Assembly: GCA_964016885.1 (NCBI GenBank)
Contig: OZ024742.1
Coordinates: forward strand, 102,920,001-102,984,000
DNA from: Eledone cirrhosa
Lineage: Eukaryota
Length of the DNA stretch: 64,000 bases
Direction of reading: 5' to 3'
In this document: positions 25,075 through 39,775 of the stretch, piece after piece
Layout: each line of letters opens with the position of its first letter
Numbering within the stretch: the stretch's first letter is position 1
Notes under the pieces: model-generated
Databases searched by the model: none
What the model was told of the DNA's origin: nothing
Seen by the model: only the letters and a program-made list of their open reading frames with translations
Translations under genes and position numbers: made by a program

Positions 25075-25300
25075 AACCTACAGCCAACCAACCAATCTAC
25101 CAGCCAACCAACCAACCAACCAACCTACCAGCCAACCAACCAACCTACCAGCCAACCAACCAACCTACCAGCCAACCAACCAACCTACCAGCCAACCAAC
25201 CAACCAGCCAACCAACCAACCTACCAACCAACCAACCTACCAGCCAACCAACCAACCAACCAGCCAACCAACCAACCAACCAGCCAGCCAACCAACAAAC
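25075..25300. repeat. (CCAA)n-derived compound repeat
   Basis: ccaaccaacctaccag units. Confidence 0.9.
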
Positions 25301-25699
25301 AAACATCTCTTTTTTTTATATTATGTATAGATATTACAATTAGCCGTAATTTTTGACGGTACGGGGCCAGCTAGTATTTAATATACTAACATTCCAATTT
25401 GGGATCAGCCTCATCGATCCCACTAGTACGATATGTATGTGAGGACCCGTAACTCCTGAAGGAGTAGTTGAGGTGCCGCACTGAAATAAAAATCGATACT
25501 GACACGATTTTAGCACACTTGTGATGTACAAGTCCATGAATATGTCAAATATGCAATAAATTTAGGGGTTGTTTATCTCCTTTGTTAACTATGATCAAAG
25601 ACCTCATAAATTAGTCATACTCCGTTATTGATTTTCATAAGACTCAACACAATTTACCCATTTAAATATGTTTGTTATTATGAAGGTATATTCCTTCAC

Positions 25700-26990
25700 C
25701 ATCCAAATTCAGGTTCTTTTCACTTCTGTTGGAGAACTCCTCCCTGGTTGACTGCTGACCGCCACCTTCCTATCTCTGGGCCATGTGGGACCGAGGTATT
25801 TGGTCAGATCGTTGCGCCATCTTGCCTTTGGTGTTCTTCTGGTTCTTCTCCCCTGCCTTGGTGTCCACTTTGTCGAGCTAATAGTCTCTGAGATGAGAGA
25901 AGTGGCCAGCCCATCTATGTTTACTTTTCTTGATGGTCTCGATTATGTCTTGCATTCCAGTCTGTTGCTGTTGAATCCAGGTGTTGTTCTTCCTGTCATG
26001 TAAGGTGATGCCGAGCATAATTCGTTCCCTTTTACGTTGGGTCAGTGTAACAATCTCTGCAGTTGTGGTGTTGAGTGCCCACGTCTCACTTCCTTGTCAT
26101 CACCGGCAGAACATATTAATTTTCTTTTGGTTTCGATTGTTGCCTTGGAACTTCTAATGATGCTGTAAACTTTTCCAAAAGCTTCCCGACCACGCACAAT
26201 CATTTTGACCCTCATATGTAGGGCACCTTCCCTTGCAATGTTCTTTCCGAGGAACACATAACCGTCTACTTCCCCGATGGTATTTCCATCTACAATAATT
26301 GGAGATGGTTTAGCGTGGCTGTTAAACATGACCTTGGTTTTTCCCAAGATGGATGTTAAGATGTACTGGTTGGTTCATTGTGTGGATGACATTAAGCATC
26401 TTCTCCAATTCTTGTTGTGTATGAGCTATTGGAATGATGTCATCTGCGAAGTCTAGGTGTCATAGGAGTTCACCATCTATGTTGATACTCTTGTTCTCCC
26501 AGGTGACTTTGTTGATGATGTGATGGCGCCTTATAAAAACAATTTGTAAACATTCTCAGGGAAATGTTGTCTCCTTGTGTTGCTCCTCTTTCTAGCGTGA
26601 TCATGTCGCTGATTTAGTGTGATCTGAGAGTGGATGTAGCGCCATTGTAAAGATCCTTCAGTAGTGTGGTGTAAGCAGGTTCCACTCTTAGGTTCTCCAG
26701 TGCTGTGATTAGGAGAGTGACATCGATGGAGTCAAATACTTTTTCATAGTCAAGAGAGGGAAGTTGTATTCGTTTACCTTCTCTTGTAGCTAACTACCTG
26801 GATGTGGTCTATTGTTGAGAATCCTGAGCTGAATTCCTTCTGGTCTCTTGGGTGGTACAGTTCTAATGTACCGAGTATCCTTCTGAGTAGGGTGTGTGAA
26901 AACACTTTGTAAATCTTTATCACCTTTCTTGTGGGTTAGAACTATTACAGCATTCCTCCAGCTGTCAGGAACACGACCTTCTAAATACCA
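25700..26990 (-). mobile_element. Decayed RTE-clade LINE (reverse transcriptase region)
   Basis: reverse strand VPDSWRNAVIVLTHKKGD, HLDFADDII, GKTKVMFN...YVFLG, with stops and frameshifts. Confidence 0.85.
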
Positions 26991-27649
26991 AGGAAAACCA
27001 TCTTTGTCAGTAACTGAAGCATGTGAAATAACATCTATCGGTTTCATCGACAAACGTTCCAGGTTGTTCAATCAACCGAATAGCCTGATCATAAAATCAA
27101 CGTGTAAATGGCCGAGCATTCCATTGACACATGTACTCTTAACGTAATTCTCAGGGAGATTCAGCATAACACAGTATGTGACATGACTGGCCCTTTGAAT
27201 TACAGGCACTGTCCATCTAATGGGTTTTTAAACAAATTCCATTTACCCACTTTCACTCACAAGGCTTGGGACGACCTAAGGCTGAGGTAAATAATACTTG
27301 CCCAACTTCAAGGCGTAAAGGATATTTGACTGATATTTTTAGCAGGTCGAGCGACCACGTAGAGGATGTTCTTCGTAGGCTCGATTGCATTTATATAAAT
27401 ATTTAGGGCAACATAGAAAAATTAGGGGTCGATAAGATTTGTGATTTTAAGGATGGTGAATGGATCAAATATGCAATGAACTAAGTAAATTTGAATGTTG
27501 TATACATACATACACACATACACACACACATACATACATACGTACATACATACATATATATACACATAGATTCGTATATACACATATACACACATGCATA
27601 CATACATATACACGTATACACACATACACATACATACATGGAGAGAGAG

Positions 27650-27790
27650 TCAAATGCTTGCGGGTGTCGCTGGCCATTGTCCGCAGGGCGCAGCCCCATT
27701 ACCGCCGCACCCTAGGCCCAGAGCCCATCATCTTCCCCCTTCTCATTCTTCTGTGAGACCAGAGCCCTTGCCTTTCCCTTCCGTTTACGT
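27650..27790 (+). mobile_element. CRE-like 3' terminus fragment; similar inverted copy about 37620-37745
   Basis: cgggtgtcgctggccattgtccg plus 3' tail shared with 54360-54520. Confidence 0.6.
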
Positions 27791-28182
27791 CTTTTACATT
27801 TTCTTATTTTACACATTCCATTCTTTCTTCTCGATCTAATTTGTTTTCCTTTTCTATTAAATTGTTTTTACTATTACAAAAATCAATTTACTACTGTAAA
27901 TAAATATATCTTTTTTCTTTTGTATATGTAAAGGGAAAGAATTCTGCATGCTTGAATTGTCTCCCTTTATAGAATGTCGTCATAGATATTTATTGTTTTG
28001 CATTTCAGTACAGCCACGTATAATATAAACCATCGTATGCAATACCTACACGTATGCATGATGCAAGTGATAAGATTATTGCAAGGGAAAAACACAGGAA
28101 TATTCTAGATTCGCATCACCTGAATTTAGGCAAACTGGTACGATTTAACATAGAAATATATTATACAATTTATAATTTTTTC

Positions 28183-28365
28183 CAGCCTGTGGTGTTCGAG
28201 ACGTTTCATGGAGTTGGGCCGCTGACAGCGAAGTTCTTGTCTTCACCGGCGGCTCACCTTACTGAAATGTCAGGTGATGCTCGTGAGTGTGCCTGGTTAT
28301 TTCAGCACCTAAGCCATGCCATCACCCGTGATAATGCGAGCATATTGGCTTGTCTCAAGTGTGTA
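28183..28365 (+). mobile_element. CRE-like REL-domain 3' fragment, divergent subfamily
   Basis: FQPVVFETFHGVGP...SGDARECAWLFQHLSHAITRDNASIL. Confidence 0.7.
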
Positions 28366-28435
28366 GCTAACCCCCAAATTCGAGTAATAGTATATGATAG
28401 TGCACATACTTAAATATGGAATGTTACGCGATATC

Positions 28436-28770
28436 CCCCCCCCCCCCGCACAGCCCCGGCGGACAGTATGGAGAAGGCGTTCCCCCAGAGGACGGCAAGG
28501 GGGACGCGCTGGAAAAGCCACTCCAACTCGCGGGGTTCACACCTGCGGCTGGCCAGCTCATCGCCTATGGTGGTGAGTAGGGAGGTAGTGCTAGGGCCGA
28601 GGACACCAGAAGTCTCCACTGCCAGGGGTACAGCCGCAAACCTGTCGGAGAGCGACCGGTATTTGAGGAGTTTGGCCTCCTCAGCCCGACGTGCAGCAGA
28701 ACCTGGGTTAGTCGCAGACTGCACCAGGTTGCTGCTGCAGAAAGTGTCGGTGCAAGGTGTGAAGTGCAAC
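28436..28770 (-). mobile_element. CRE-like REL-domain 3' fragment with open frame
   Basis: CTDTF...SATNPGSAARRAEEAKLLKY...PLAVETSGVLG...WLFQR...GNAFSIL. Confidence 0.8.
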
Positions 28771-29082
28771 CGATTATCACACTTGGTGGTGAATCCCCCC
28801 GTCTTTTTTCTTTCCTTTATCATTTTTGTTCAATGAATTTATATTATTGTGTTATTATACACAGTTTAGACATATTTGTAATGTCCTTCCAAACGAATTG
28901 CGAGCAATTTATAATGTTATTTACGCATTTGTTATGGTATTTATGTATCTGTTTAAAACAAACATATTTGCAACGTTATTCTACTGTAAATTTATACAAT
29001 TGTAATAAAATATATTTGTATTTATAATTTTAATTATGCAAATTATTTTGGTTAAAAGAAAGAAAGAAAATTGTAGAAAAAA

Positions 29083-29085
<3 letters not shown>

Positions 29086-29167
<82 letters not shown>
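29086..29167. repeat. (TG)n microsatellite
   Basis: about 40 perfect units. Confidence 0.98.
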
Positions 29168-30893
29168 CACTACAATGAAAGTGGATGGGAATTTTGCTTG
29201 TTGATAATAAAAATATTTGCAGGGAAATCTCAAATAAATTGGGAAATACAACAGAAAAGTATTGTTTGTTTGTTTATTTTCAGTTGATCGAAACGCCGTA
29301 ATCATGTCTGATTATTATTAGTTTTATACATAATCTAATGTGAGATGGATCTCCGTCGGTTACGACGAACATTGTTCTATTTGTTGGAACAACGGAACAG
29401 CTTGCTCATAAAACTTAACGTATAAGTGGCTGAACTTTTCACAGACACATATACACTAGGAGACACAGCGTGGAAGTGTGTGGTAAGGCGGGCTTTTTAA
29501 ATTACACAACCCGCAGCCGTGAATCGAACGCACGACCTAACGATGTGAACCGAACACCGTAAAGTGTTAAGACCCCCCCCCCCTCGGTCACGAATAACCA
29601 TGGGATTTCTACCTAGAAAATTCCCCTCCGAGGCACAAGTCCGAGTAAGGTTGTTTGTGGAAGACCAGCAGTTTCCCGTGCAAACCAGCCTCCCCTCTCC
29701 GCACCACAGATGTCATCCAAGGGAAAGGTAATGGCCGACACAGCTTGGCACCTGTGATACCGCAACTCATTTCTACAGCTGAGTGAAATAGAGAAACGTG
29801 AAATAAAGTGTCTTGCTCAAGGACACAACACATCATCCGGTCTGGGAATCGAAATCACAATCTCACGATAGTAAGCCCAACGCTCTAACCACTAAGCTAA
29901 GCGTCTTCACACACAAAAACGCTTGTGCATCCGAACCCAAATGCACATACACGCATATATGTGTGTGTGTACTTACGCATACACTGTCCACATACTTCTC
30001 TCTATGCACGTATATTTGAATATATAAATTCCCACAGAAATGTCTAATTCTCTATAAATGTATGTGCTTAAGGAGTTCGCTTTACAACCACCTGGATTCA
30101 GGGATCAGTCCCTCTGTGTAGTATTTTGGCAAAAGTCTTTTAAAGAAGACTTTCGTTGAACAATGTCTTGTGAGTGGAATTCAGTAGCCGGAAATTGTAA
30201 AAGCCCATCGTTTATCTAGGGGTTTAGGAGTTGCCTCCCTTGCTTACTCTCATGGCTGAACACCTACTGAAGGGAATATCGGTCGTGAAATTGTGTTGAT
30301 TGGAAATTTCAGCCAACTCACCATAATTTTGACAGTAAGACTATTTGTACGTATACACTTTATCCAGAACGTTCCCCCGATTCACACCTTGTTGTCATAC
30401 ATAGTTTTATTTACGATATATATCTGCCATCCTTGATACCGTGTGGACTGGGTTACCTGTTGACAAGACGTGAGGCATAAGTATCCCTAAGGGACCCTTA
30501 TGCCTGACGTGGATTAGGCAATTATTGCATTTAATCGTGTTCCTGGATAATTTAGATGTATTTACGTTCAGCGTTGGGCAACTGGCGGTCTTATTTACAC
30601 ACACACACACACTCACTCTCACACACTGTGTAGATTTATATCACTTGATATATTGCACTGAAACTTGTAATTTCCTGATGTTGGCTGACGAGATGGGACT
30701 GTCCATATTTGCCGTTGTTTATGTCCTGTGCACGGCTTTGTGTTTAATATAGAATATGTACACCGTTTTCCCTACGTATCGTATGAATCGACTAAAAGGG
30801 TTGCTGTCAGGAAAGGTTTCCGGCTGAAAAAACCTTGGCTCAAAAAGTCCTGTCGAACCCATGCCATCACGGAAAATTTGACTTAAAATGATG

Positions 30894-30950
<57 letters not shown>

Positions 30951-31612
30951 ATATTAAATAAATGGAAACTATATTTATAAAACCATATTTATTTTATTAT
31001 ATATATTTCAAGGGTAACAAAAGACTTTGGTACGCTTTAATATCATTGAATATTTACTCCAGGAAACTGTTGAGTGCTCTAAATCAGTTATAAACATTGA
31101 TATTTGTCGGATTTCCAACAAATTAAATACCCTCTTCTACTTATATATATATATATTCATGTATCCCTCACTATCCATGAACGCATTTATACATGCATGC
31201 ATGTATGTATATATGTATGTATGTAGGTAGGTAGGTATGTGTGTGTGTATCTACACGAGGGAAAGTATATGTGTGTATTTACTTTCAATAATATATTCCA
31301 CATTAGAAGCTATTACTCAGGTTCACATATAGTCGACATGAGTCATAAAAGCTTTTCACTTAGTCATTTCACCTTTCAACGATGAGCATTGTTGAAGATA
31401 ACTTTTCAGAATGCTCTTTCCGTAAAATAAATAAATAAATAAACAAATAAATAAACTATCACGGTTTTAATTACTTTACAATTGTGTAAGTTACCCCTAT
31501 CAATAGTAAACTATCCCCTAGCGTTGGTGAGCTAGCCCTAATAATTCTTTCTAATTCTTTCTAACATTGGCACAACGCCATCAATTTAGGGGAAGGAGAA
31601 AGTCGATTATAT

Positions 31613-31885
31613 CCACCTCGCGAGGATCGCACCTGCGGGCAGCCAACTCCGTTCCGATAGTAACGAGCAGGGATGAGGCCAAGAACGCCGGAGGTCTCCA
31701 CTGCTACAGGCTCTACCACAAACCTGTCAGAGAGCGGCCGATACTTTGACAGCTTGCCCTCTTCGTCCTGGCGGGCAGCGAAGCCTGGGTTGGTAGCCGA
31801 ACGCATAACGTTTCCGCTGGAGAGGGTGTCACAGCACGTAGCATCCCAGATCAGGAGCCTACCTCCTCGAAACGGGAAGAATGTT
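31613..31885 (-). mobile_element. CRE-like REL-domain fragment
   Basis: FPFRGGRLLIWDATCCDTL...SATNPGFAARQDEEGKLSKY...PVAVETSGVLG. Confidence 0.8.
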
Positions 31886-32868
31886 CTTTGCTGTCGCCTC
31901 AGTCCAATCCTGCTATCTCGTGTTGGAAAGGGAAGCCTGCGCCGTCCAGTTATTATAATGACAAATAATCCTTGCCACGGGAATCTTTAGAGTAACGTTA
32001 CTTGATAAGGTTCGTAGCTTAGAGGACAGGGAGTCACTTTAGTTAGAGCTGTTACCTCTCTGCCAAGATCACAGCACCGGTACTACGGACAAACAAACCC
32101 CAAAACAAACAAACAAACAAACAAACCCAAAACAATCACTGGACAGATTTTAAGGAAAAAGCCAACCGACAGTTGGTCTTACTTGGGGATCCGATTGGTA
32201 CATTTGAAGACGGTAGCTTCTGCTAAGACTCTCTGGAGTATCTGAGGACTGTTCCTCCACAACCTCAGGAATAAGTGGGCAAAGAAGAAGAAGAGGTCGT
32301 GGTGGGGATGGGGGTGGGGGTAGTAGTAGTAGTAATAGTAGTAGTAGTAGTAGTAGTAGTAGAGACTGGAACTATTAAGCAGTATAATGGGTTGGTCCCG
32401 TAATCCCCACAATTAACATATTGCATGCCCAATAATTCAAGGATACTTATATTTTCCATGTTGGGGGCTGACTTCATATTTATTCTATTTTCTATTTTGT
32501 TATATATTTGATAAATATTTCTGACGCAACAAAACATTAAGAAGTAGTGTCGGACTTTAATCTATATAAGGCCTTATATAGCACACGCTATGGCACATGT
32601 GAGCTATGTAAAAATCTTTCTTTATAGCCTTGCGCTAGAGCAACATTTCTCCACCTTTTCACCCCTGTAGACCCCTTGCAAAAGTGTTCATATCTCAGGG
32701 AACCTCTACAAAAATATTATTACATACCATTATTAATATTTATCTCTTTTATATTTTTATCGTAGTTCACGTGATAAACACTTTTTTTTTTTTAAATAAT
32801 ATTGGTCGTCTGGGTGTGTGTGAGTATTTTACCGGCAACGTAGCAGCGGTTAACGACCTAGTTTTAAA

Positions 32869-33058
32869 TAATGGTTTCTACTTTTGGCACAAGGCCAGCA
32901 ATAACCCAGTGCATTACTGGTACTTTATTTTATCGACCCCGTAAGGATGAAAGGCAAAGTTAACCTCGCCGGGAATTGAACTCAGAATGGCAAGGGCCGT
33001 AATTCTATGCGTCAAAGCATGGCGTCCGACCCTCTACCGATACTGCCAATCCACCACC
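32869..33058 (-). mobile_element. SINE family A
   Basis: reverse complement of consensus. Confidence 0.85.
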
Positions 33059-33352
33059 TAGTTTTAAATAATATAAGCCTTTATTATAATAACCAAGGAT
33101 TATCTAACAATATGCCATATGTGTATAGTAAAATTACAAAAGGAAGAAAGGCAAAGTTGACCTTACGCAGTCGAAACTGCGATCTTGTGATTGTTAGACT
33201 CATGTGGCTACAACTTCGATTTATACCTATTATTACGGGGTCAATTGATCCATACGGGGTCGATAAAATAAAGTACCAGTAACGCATTGGAGTCTAATTC
33301 CTCGACTTTCCCTTCCTCTAAAATTGGTGGTTGTGTGCCTAAATCAGAAACC

Positions 33353-33423
<71 letters not shown>

Positions 33424-33682
33424 GTATATATATATTTGAAGTTGTCCCAAATTGAAGGTTGAGTACTTTAGACTTTGTTTTATCATGAGTTAAGGCTCTA
33501 TTGATTTTTCCCTGGATTTCTCTAAATTCTGTTGGATAAATCTATATCCTGATTCCTTTTGAATTGAGTCTGAATTATTTTTCCCATATCTTATGTTAAC
33601 TATTTTCCCATTTTGACGCTATAGTCACATATATGTTATGGAATACTGTTAGCTTCTCGCTACAACAATTTCTATACTTCTC

Positions 33683-33726
<44 letters not shown>

Positions 33727-34462
33727 CTTAGTAGTAGCATTAATATAGCATGATTCATATTGGAGGTGTATATGAAGGCATATCTGAGGTAGCTGGGACA
33801 TGATCACAGTTACCTCAGGATAAACATATTGTATATGCCCTCATTTATACCTCTAATCAGGAGCCTCGTTTGCCTTAAAAATGTGAGGGGGACAAACCAA
33901 CATTTGTTGATTCTTAAAGGAGCATAAATTGCTTATGGTGCCTTTCTCGGACCCTATCACATAAGTAAAATTTTACGCTAACTAAATTTTATATATTCAA
34001 ATGAAGTTCAGATATAAAAAAAAATAAGCTTAAAAAGAATTTATTATATCAAATAAACAAAAAATAAAATATAGACGTTTGAAAAAGTCGGGGGGAGGGG
34101 GGACTTGTCCTCTGGTACCCCCCTGAAACAAGGCCCTTGCCTCTAATACAGGGCCTCCAAGCGAAATTTTACTAGGCGGTACAAGACCCCTTTGGGGCTG
34201 GAAATAGGCAAAGATTTTTCTCAAAATGGATATTGTATGGTTGCTGTGGGGCCTTCTTAGCTCTTGGGTCCCTGGAACAAAGTACCAGCTGGACTCCCCT
34301 TCCACAGGCCCTGTATATATTGTCTTTAAAGCGTTGAAATATCCGAGACCCCCAGTAGACAACTGATGAGGAAAACTCCACCCCCGTTCTTGCTTTCTTC
34401 TTATTCTTATTCCTATTTTTAAGCTTTGCTTAACTAACAACTACGCAACCAACCTATTCTCC

Positions 34463-35611
<1,149 letters not shown>

Positions 35612-35963
35612 ACAGATCAGTGTATAGCAGATTGGTAGAATGCCGGTATAAAATGCCTTGCGGTATTTATTCCGGCTCTTTACACGTCTGAGTTCAAATC
35701 CCGCCGAAGTCAACTTTGCTTTCATTCTTCCCAGAGCGGTATAATAAATGATCAGTGAAGCTGTGAAGTACCGTGTAGTGGATGGCAGAATACGTGAAGT
35801 GTCGGGCACCATATATATTGCTATTTACTGTTGTTTACGTTGCGGTGTTCAAATTCTACAGCGGGGGACATGAACTTTTACCCTTCCAAGGTCGATGTAA
35901 CAGTCAAGTACTGGGTCAATTTAGTCGACAATACTCTCTCTCTTTCACCCTTTCTCTCTCTCA

Positions 35964-35998
<35 letters not shown>

Positions 35999-36474
35999 CC
36001 CCTCTCTCTCTCCGTTGCCCAATTTAAATCATATTCATAGTACCCGATTTAGACATATGCTACACAAGGGGTCTCGTAATCTGCATGAAGCCTCAAAATA
36101 ATCTTAAAATTATAAATTGGGGCGAAAGTATCCCACCCGAAAGTATCCCACCCGAAGCGAAATAACTGATACAGCACATGTCGCTGGCTGTTCTCCGAGT
36201 TTATCTTTCATCTTTGCGAAATCGATAAAAGAAATATCAATCAAATATTGGGGTAGATGAAATCAATTATATATACTTTACCGAAAATTATATATACTTT
36301 ACTTACAGAAGAAATCCTAATTTTGAAGTGAAAGGCTAACATAGAATAACCTTTTGATTAACTGGCCACAATGGGGAGACTGAGACGTTGTTGTTTATTC
36401 ACACGTTAGCACTATTTGAGGCTGAAGATCAAAGACATTCCAGCCGAGACCATCTCGTCATTGCTAGACACAGT

Positions 36475-36663
36475 GGCGGTGGATTGGCAGTATCGGTAGA
36501 GGGTCGGACGCCATGCTTTCCAGCATAGTTACGTCCCTTTACGATCTGAGTTGAAATCCCGCCGAGGTTGACTTTGCCTTTCATCCTTACGGGGTCGATA
36601 AAATAAAGTACCAGTAATGCACTGGGTAATTGCTGGCCTTGTGCTTAAAGTAGAAACAGTTAT
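36475..36663 (+). mobile_element. SINE family A (another copy 37435-37586, - strand)
   Basis: full unit. Confidence 0.88.
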
Positions 36664-38493
36664 TAGACACAGTGTATCGAGGTTGTTAGAGCGTCCAGTT
36701 AAAATAGGAGATATTTGTTACAACTTTGCGTTTTGAGTTCATATCCCACCAAGGCCAACTTTTGCCTTTCATCCTTTCGGGGTCGATAAATAAAGTATCA
36801 GTCCAAAGTGGTGGATTGGCGGCATTGTGATGTCTCTATTGGCTCGTTCTGAGTTCGACTGCGACGATACAGGTGCCAAGCTGTATCGGAACCTTGTATT
36901 TCTCTTGGACAAAATAGATGACGTGTAGAAGAGCGACTTGCATACATAGGTGATTACTAGTTTTTTGCAAAAAGAAACCTCGCCCACGCCCGCGCCTTGG
37001 AGATGAATTTGGAGAGGAAATTTCCAGGTACTGATCTATGGAATAACGAAACATACAGAGGCCCTGGATATCTAGGACTATATTATCCAAGGTGTTCTTA
37101 GCTTTCTTTTAAGACGGTAGGGTATGGTATAAAGACAGATTTGGCTGCTTTTGCTAGACTAATTAAGTCTGCCACCCAAGTAGGCCAGCCACTGAATATA
37201 GTAGATTTCTTCCAGAGAAGGATAGAGAGTGAGAGAATGGAAGTGAGGAAGAGACATAGAGGAAGAATCTACTCCAGTATTAGACTGGGACTTTTTTTTA
37301 TCGATTTGGAAAAGAGGAAAGGCAAAGTTGATCTCAGTGGGGTTTGAACTCCGGGCCACAATTGCTCAGAAATATAAATGTTTGTTGTAAAGACGAGGTG
37401 GTTGGTCAGTGTTTCACGATACAAATCTACTTCAAATAACTGTTTCTACTTTTGGCACAAGGCCAGCAATTACCCAGTACATTACTGGTACTTTATTTTA
37501 TCGACCCCGTAAGGATGAAAGGCAAAGTTAACCTCGGCGGGATTTGAACTCAGACCGTAAAGGGACGTAACTATGCTGGAAAGCATACTTCAAATAACAA
37601 CAACACTACAGATATTTAAAAACGGAAAATGAAGGGGAAAAAGCAAGGGGCTCTAGGGTCACAGAAGAATAGGAGGGGAAGGGCTCTGGGCCTAGGGTGC
37701 AGCAGTGGTGGAGCAACGACGATTAACAAGCACCCACGCGGCCTGCAAAGAGAGTATTTGTCAGACAGATGTCGCTAATGTATCTCCTTCACGGATACAC
37801 ATACACACACACAAACATATACACACACCCACACACTCATATTTTATATATACTCTAATGTGTGTGTGGTGTTGGTGTTGGATGGTGGTAGTGGTGATGG
37901 TTGTTGGGTGGTAGTGGTGGTGGTGGTGATGGTGGTGGTGGTGATGTTGTTGTTTGGTGGTGATATTGTTGTTTGGTGGTGATGGTGGTGGTGGTGGTGG
38001 TGGTGATTTTGTTGTTTGGTGATGATGGTGGTGGTGGTGGTGGTGGTGGTGGTTGGTGTTGGATGATGGTGGCGGTGGTGGTGATGGTTGTTGGGCGGTG
38101 ATAGTGGTGGTGGTGGTGGGGGCTGTTGTTGGGTGGTAATGGTGGTGGTGGGTAGTTGAGAATGATGAATTGAGTTCATGTGTAGGCGGTTTGTGTGGGT
38201 GGAATAAGGTGGGGAGTTATAGGTAGTTTGCTAAAGACGGAAACAGTGTGTAGGAGTGGAGAGGGGTTCCTGGCAAGGTAATGTAAATGGGTGTGTATAA
38301 GGGTGCATATGGGTGGGTGTATAGGTATGTGTCGGGGACAGGAAGGGTTTGCGGGTGGGTACCCTGTTTGGTACCTAAACTCCCTTAAGCCACACCTTAC
38401 TGTCTTTAAAACGATAATAACAAAAACACCAGCAATGGACACATTCGACAATATGAAGTCCAGAAGGAAGTTGAGGGATGACTATTTGGATTG

Positions 38494-38556
<63 letters not shown>

Positions 38557-39044
38557 GTTTTTATTGTATGTAAACTTCCCCCTTTGTATTTGTCCCCTTC
38601 TTTTGTGCCCCTGTGGCTAATAAAGAAATATATCTATCTATCGTTCTTTTCCGTTTTCTTGTGCGCCCTTGTAGCTAATAAAGAAATATATCTATCGTTT
38701 TTTCCCGTTCATTGCCAGAGAACGTCTCTATGAACCACCTAATAGAATATTAGTCTACGACTTCTTTTATACCATAAACGTGGTTTTGTCTTTGCGTGTA
38801 ATTGTTTTTCACCGCTCCTATTAATGACGTATTATATTCGTTTTTTCCCGTTCTTTGCCAGGGAACGTTTCCACGAACCAAAGTATCGTCTTCCTGTCTT
38901 CCTCCGGTTGCAACGTTTTTTTAAATATTCACTTCTGCGTTCACAGATTGGCTTTGTTAGTTTCAGAAGATCCCGTTAAGGGTGAAAGCAGCGATTCTTT
39001 GCTTAAACTTGAATCTGTTATTTTAATATATATATATATATATA

Positions 39045-39130
<86 letters not shown>

Positions 39131-39177
39131 TAAAAGATCGGAGGTCATATTCAGATGATTCAGATTTATTTAAAACT

Positions 39178-39235
39178 CCGTTATACATATTTCACTGAGG
39201 ACTATCAGTTATGATAGCCTGAGCTCTTCAGACGG
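39178..39235 (-). ncRNA. Minimal type I hammerhead ribozyme motif
   Basis: CCGU-CUGAAGA-stem II hairpin-GAAA-UAUGUA-UA-ACGG; core nucleotides present and stems pair. Confidence 0.6.
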
Positions 39236-39364
39236 TAAAATGAAATATAATTATCAGAAGTAATAAGACACTGTTTATCAATCACTTAAGTCAAAAATAT
39301 AATAATAAAACGTTGTTTATAACTTGAATCTAGCGCTTTCACCTTTCAAGAGACATATTAAGAT

Positions 39365-39775
39365 ATGTACGTATGTATGCGTGTGTGTATGTATGTATGT
39401 ATGTATGTATGTCTGCATGTATGTATGCATGCATGTATGTATGTATTATGTATGCATGTACGTATGCATGCATACATGTATGTATGTGTGTATGCATGCA
39501 TATGTACGTGCGTATGTATGTATGTATGTATGTGTGTATGTATGCATGCATACATGTATGTGTATATGTATATATGTATGCATGTATGTATGTTTGTATG
39601 TATGTATGTACGTATGTATGTACGTATGTATGTATGTACGTATGTATGTATGTATGTATATATGTATGTTTGTATGTATGTATGTATGTATATATGCATG
39701 TTTGTATATTGTATGTACGTATGTGTGTATGTACGTACGTATGTTTGTATGTATATATGTAAGTATGTCTGCATG
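39365..39775. repeat. Degenerate (TATG)n microsatellite
   Basis: direct reading. Confidence 0.95.

Larger units (their letters stand above)
24303..25374 (+). mobile_element. Putative non-autonomous Helitron carrying tandem repeats
   Basis: A|TCTACTAATATAA 5' end; ccgta...tacgg hairpin then CTAG|T 3' end. Confidence 0.55.

Noticed and set aside
28054-28413. 119-aa ORF as a host exon
   Set aside because: The recognisable part is a CRE-like endonuclease remnant; the rest is unrecognisable AT-rich sequence
30655-30710. Hammerhead (GAAAC...CUGACGA)
   Set aside because: Stems I and II do not pair in any circular permutation
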